This document shows, in pieces, positions 62,701 through 64,000 of a DNA stretch of 64,000 nt. The notes beneath the pieces are model-generated. The model had not been told where the DNA came from and did no database searches. It saw only the letters and a list, made by a program, of their open reading frames with translations. The translations under genes were made by a program, and so were the position numbers. The stretch lies in assembly GCF_963921235.1 (NCBI RefSeq), contig NC_086097.1:196604001-196668000 (forward strand), given 5' to 3'. Position 1 is the stretch's first letter, and each line of letters opens with the position of its first letter. The stretch comes from Mobula hypostoma. Lineage: Eukaryota.

Positions 62701-64000
62701 TTGGAATCATGAGGAAAATCCGAGTGATATAGAGAGGTATAAAATTCTTGAAAGGTTTTGTTTATCCCAACATGATCAACTGTGAAAGTATCATCGTGTT
62801 TACGAATCTTAGTAATTTGACGTTTAACCGAATCAAATTTCAATTGATTAGCCAATAATTTACCCAATTTATCACTATGAATATAAAAATCACTTCCAGT
62901 TCTCATTAATTGATTTTCAACTCTGTGTTTATATAGCTCCTTACTGGGAGAAATAGCATATTTTTTATCAATTCCTTTAATTTTATCAACCAACAAAAGT
63001 ATTTCATCCTTAACACGTCTTTTCAAACCAGCCGAATAGGAAATAATCTGACCACGGATATAAGCTTTAAAAGCGTCCCAAACAGTTCCATTGGAAACTT
63101 CTTCCGTAGTATTAGTTGAAAAGAAGAAATCAATCTGATCCTTTATAAACTTGACAAAGTCTGAGTCTTGAAGTAAAATATGGTTAAATCGCCATTGTCT
63201 ATTAGTAGAAGAAGTATCCATTAACTTGATAGAAAGTTTCATTGGAGCATGATCTGAGATGGCGATAATGTCGTAATTACAATCAACTACAGATGGGATT
63301 AATCGAGAGTCAATAAAAAAATAGTCAATTTGGGAATAAGAACAATGAACATGTGAAAAAAAAGAGAATTCTTTGTTGTTTGGATGTAGAAATCTCCAAA
63401 TTTCTGAAATCCCAGAATCAAACATAAAAGAGTTAATAAGAGTAGCCGATTTATTCAGTAAAGCTGGACTACCTATGGATCTATCCAACATGGGATTCAA
63501 ACATAAGTTAAAATCACCGCCCATTATCAACATATACTTGTTCAAGTTAGGAAAGGAAGTGAATAGGTGTTTAAAAAACTCAGGATAATCCACATTCGGA
63601 GTGTAAACATTAACCATAGCAACCTTTTTTTTAAAAGTACCCCAGTGATTAACAAAAATCTGCCATTAGGATCTGAGATAATGTCTTGATGAATAAATGT
63701 AATTGAGGGATCTATAAAAATTGAAACCTTTAATTTTGGCTTGAGCATTTGAATGGCATTGTTATCCCTTCCAAAACTTAAAGAAGCATTGATTATCCTC
63801 TTTCCTTACATGAGTTTCTTGTGCAAAAATAATATGAGCATTCAGTCTTTGGAATACTTTGAAAATCTTTTTCCGTTTAATTGGATGGTTTAAACCATTT
63901 GTATTCCAAGAGACAAAATTAATAATGTGAACCATAATTTGAGATTAACCCTTTGGTAAGTAAAGGGTTAACCATAATGTAAACTCATGAAATTGGAAGA
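59800..64000 (-). mobile_element. L1-clade LINE with a complete ORF2 span, 3' UTR and poly(A); 5' part continues beyond the window
   Basis: T-tract at 59800-59820, tttatt (AATAAA on minus strand) at 59828-59833; ORF2 motifs as in the next entry. Confidence 0.95.
60197..63935 (-). pseudogene. L1 ORF2 (APE endonuclease, RT, Cys-rich C-terminus), frameshifted
   Basis: ATG at 63935: MVHIINFVSWNTNGLN..KR....AQETH; then GGDFN, IDYF, SDH, YRPISLLN, DQTGF, LDAEKAFDRVEW, GTRQG.PLSP, LYADD, HMFWSC. Frame changes near 63750, 63620 and 60950. Confidence 0.93.

Noticed and set aside
5703..63935. Novel reverse-transcriptase system (retron, DGR or group II intron type)
   Set aside because: All RT motifs match eukaryotic non-LTR clades (CR1, L1, Rex1), with typical 5' truncation and 3' tails.

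Overview
This is a vertebrate nuclear, repeat-dominated window. The repeat repertoire points to a cartilaginous fish, probably a ray; that is inferred from pattern recognition, not from a database search. There are no prokaryotic operons, rRNA, tRNA or CRISPR features. Nearly all long ORFs are transposable-element remnants: many CR1-clade LINE copies (one near full-length with an SGNH-esterase ORF1 and an APE+RT ORF2), two L1-clade LINEs, Rex1/Babar fragments, Penelope-like (PLE) fragments, Tc1 and Tigger/pogo elements, and two hAT elements. Many are nested, with readable target-site duplications (TSDs). The most interesting signal is three independent ~200-bp fold-back insertions with 10-14-bp TSDs. 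They are built from a Penelope terminal repeat and fold back at a minimal hammerhead-ribozyme core; a fourth, unfolded copy is still attached to a Penelope ORF end. Also notable are a tight run of consecutive hairpins at 7424-7515, a set of non-coding retroposon-like elements starting with AAGATGGC-like motifs, and candidate minus-strand host-gene exons. The best exon is 36471-36544, with a perfect TACTAAC branch point and a Cys-rich N-terminus; I could not identify the gene. Boundaries of degenerate repeats are approximate.
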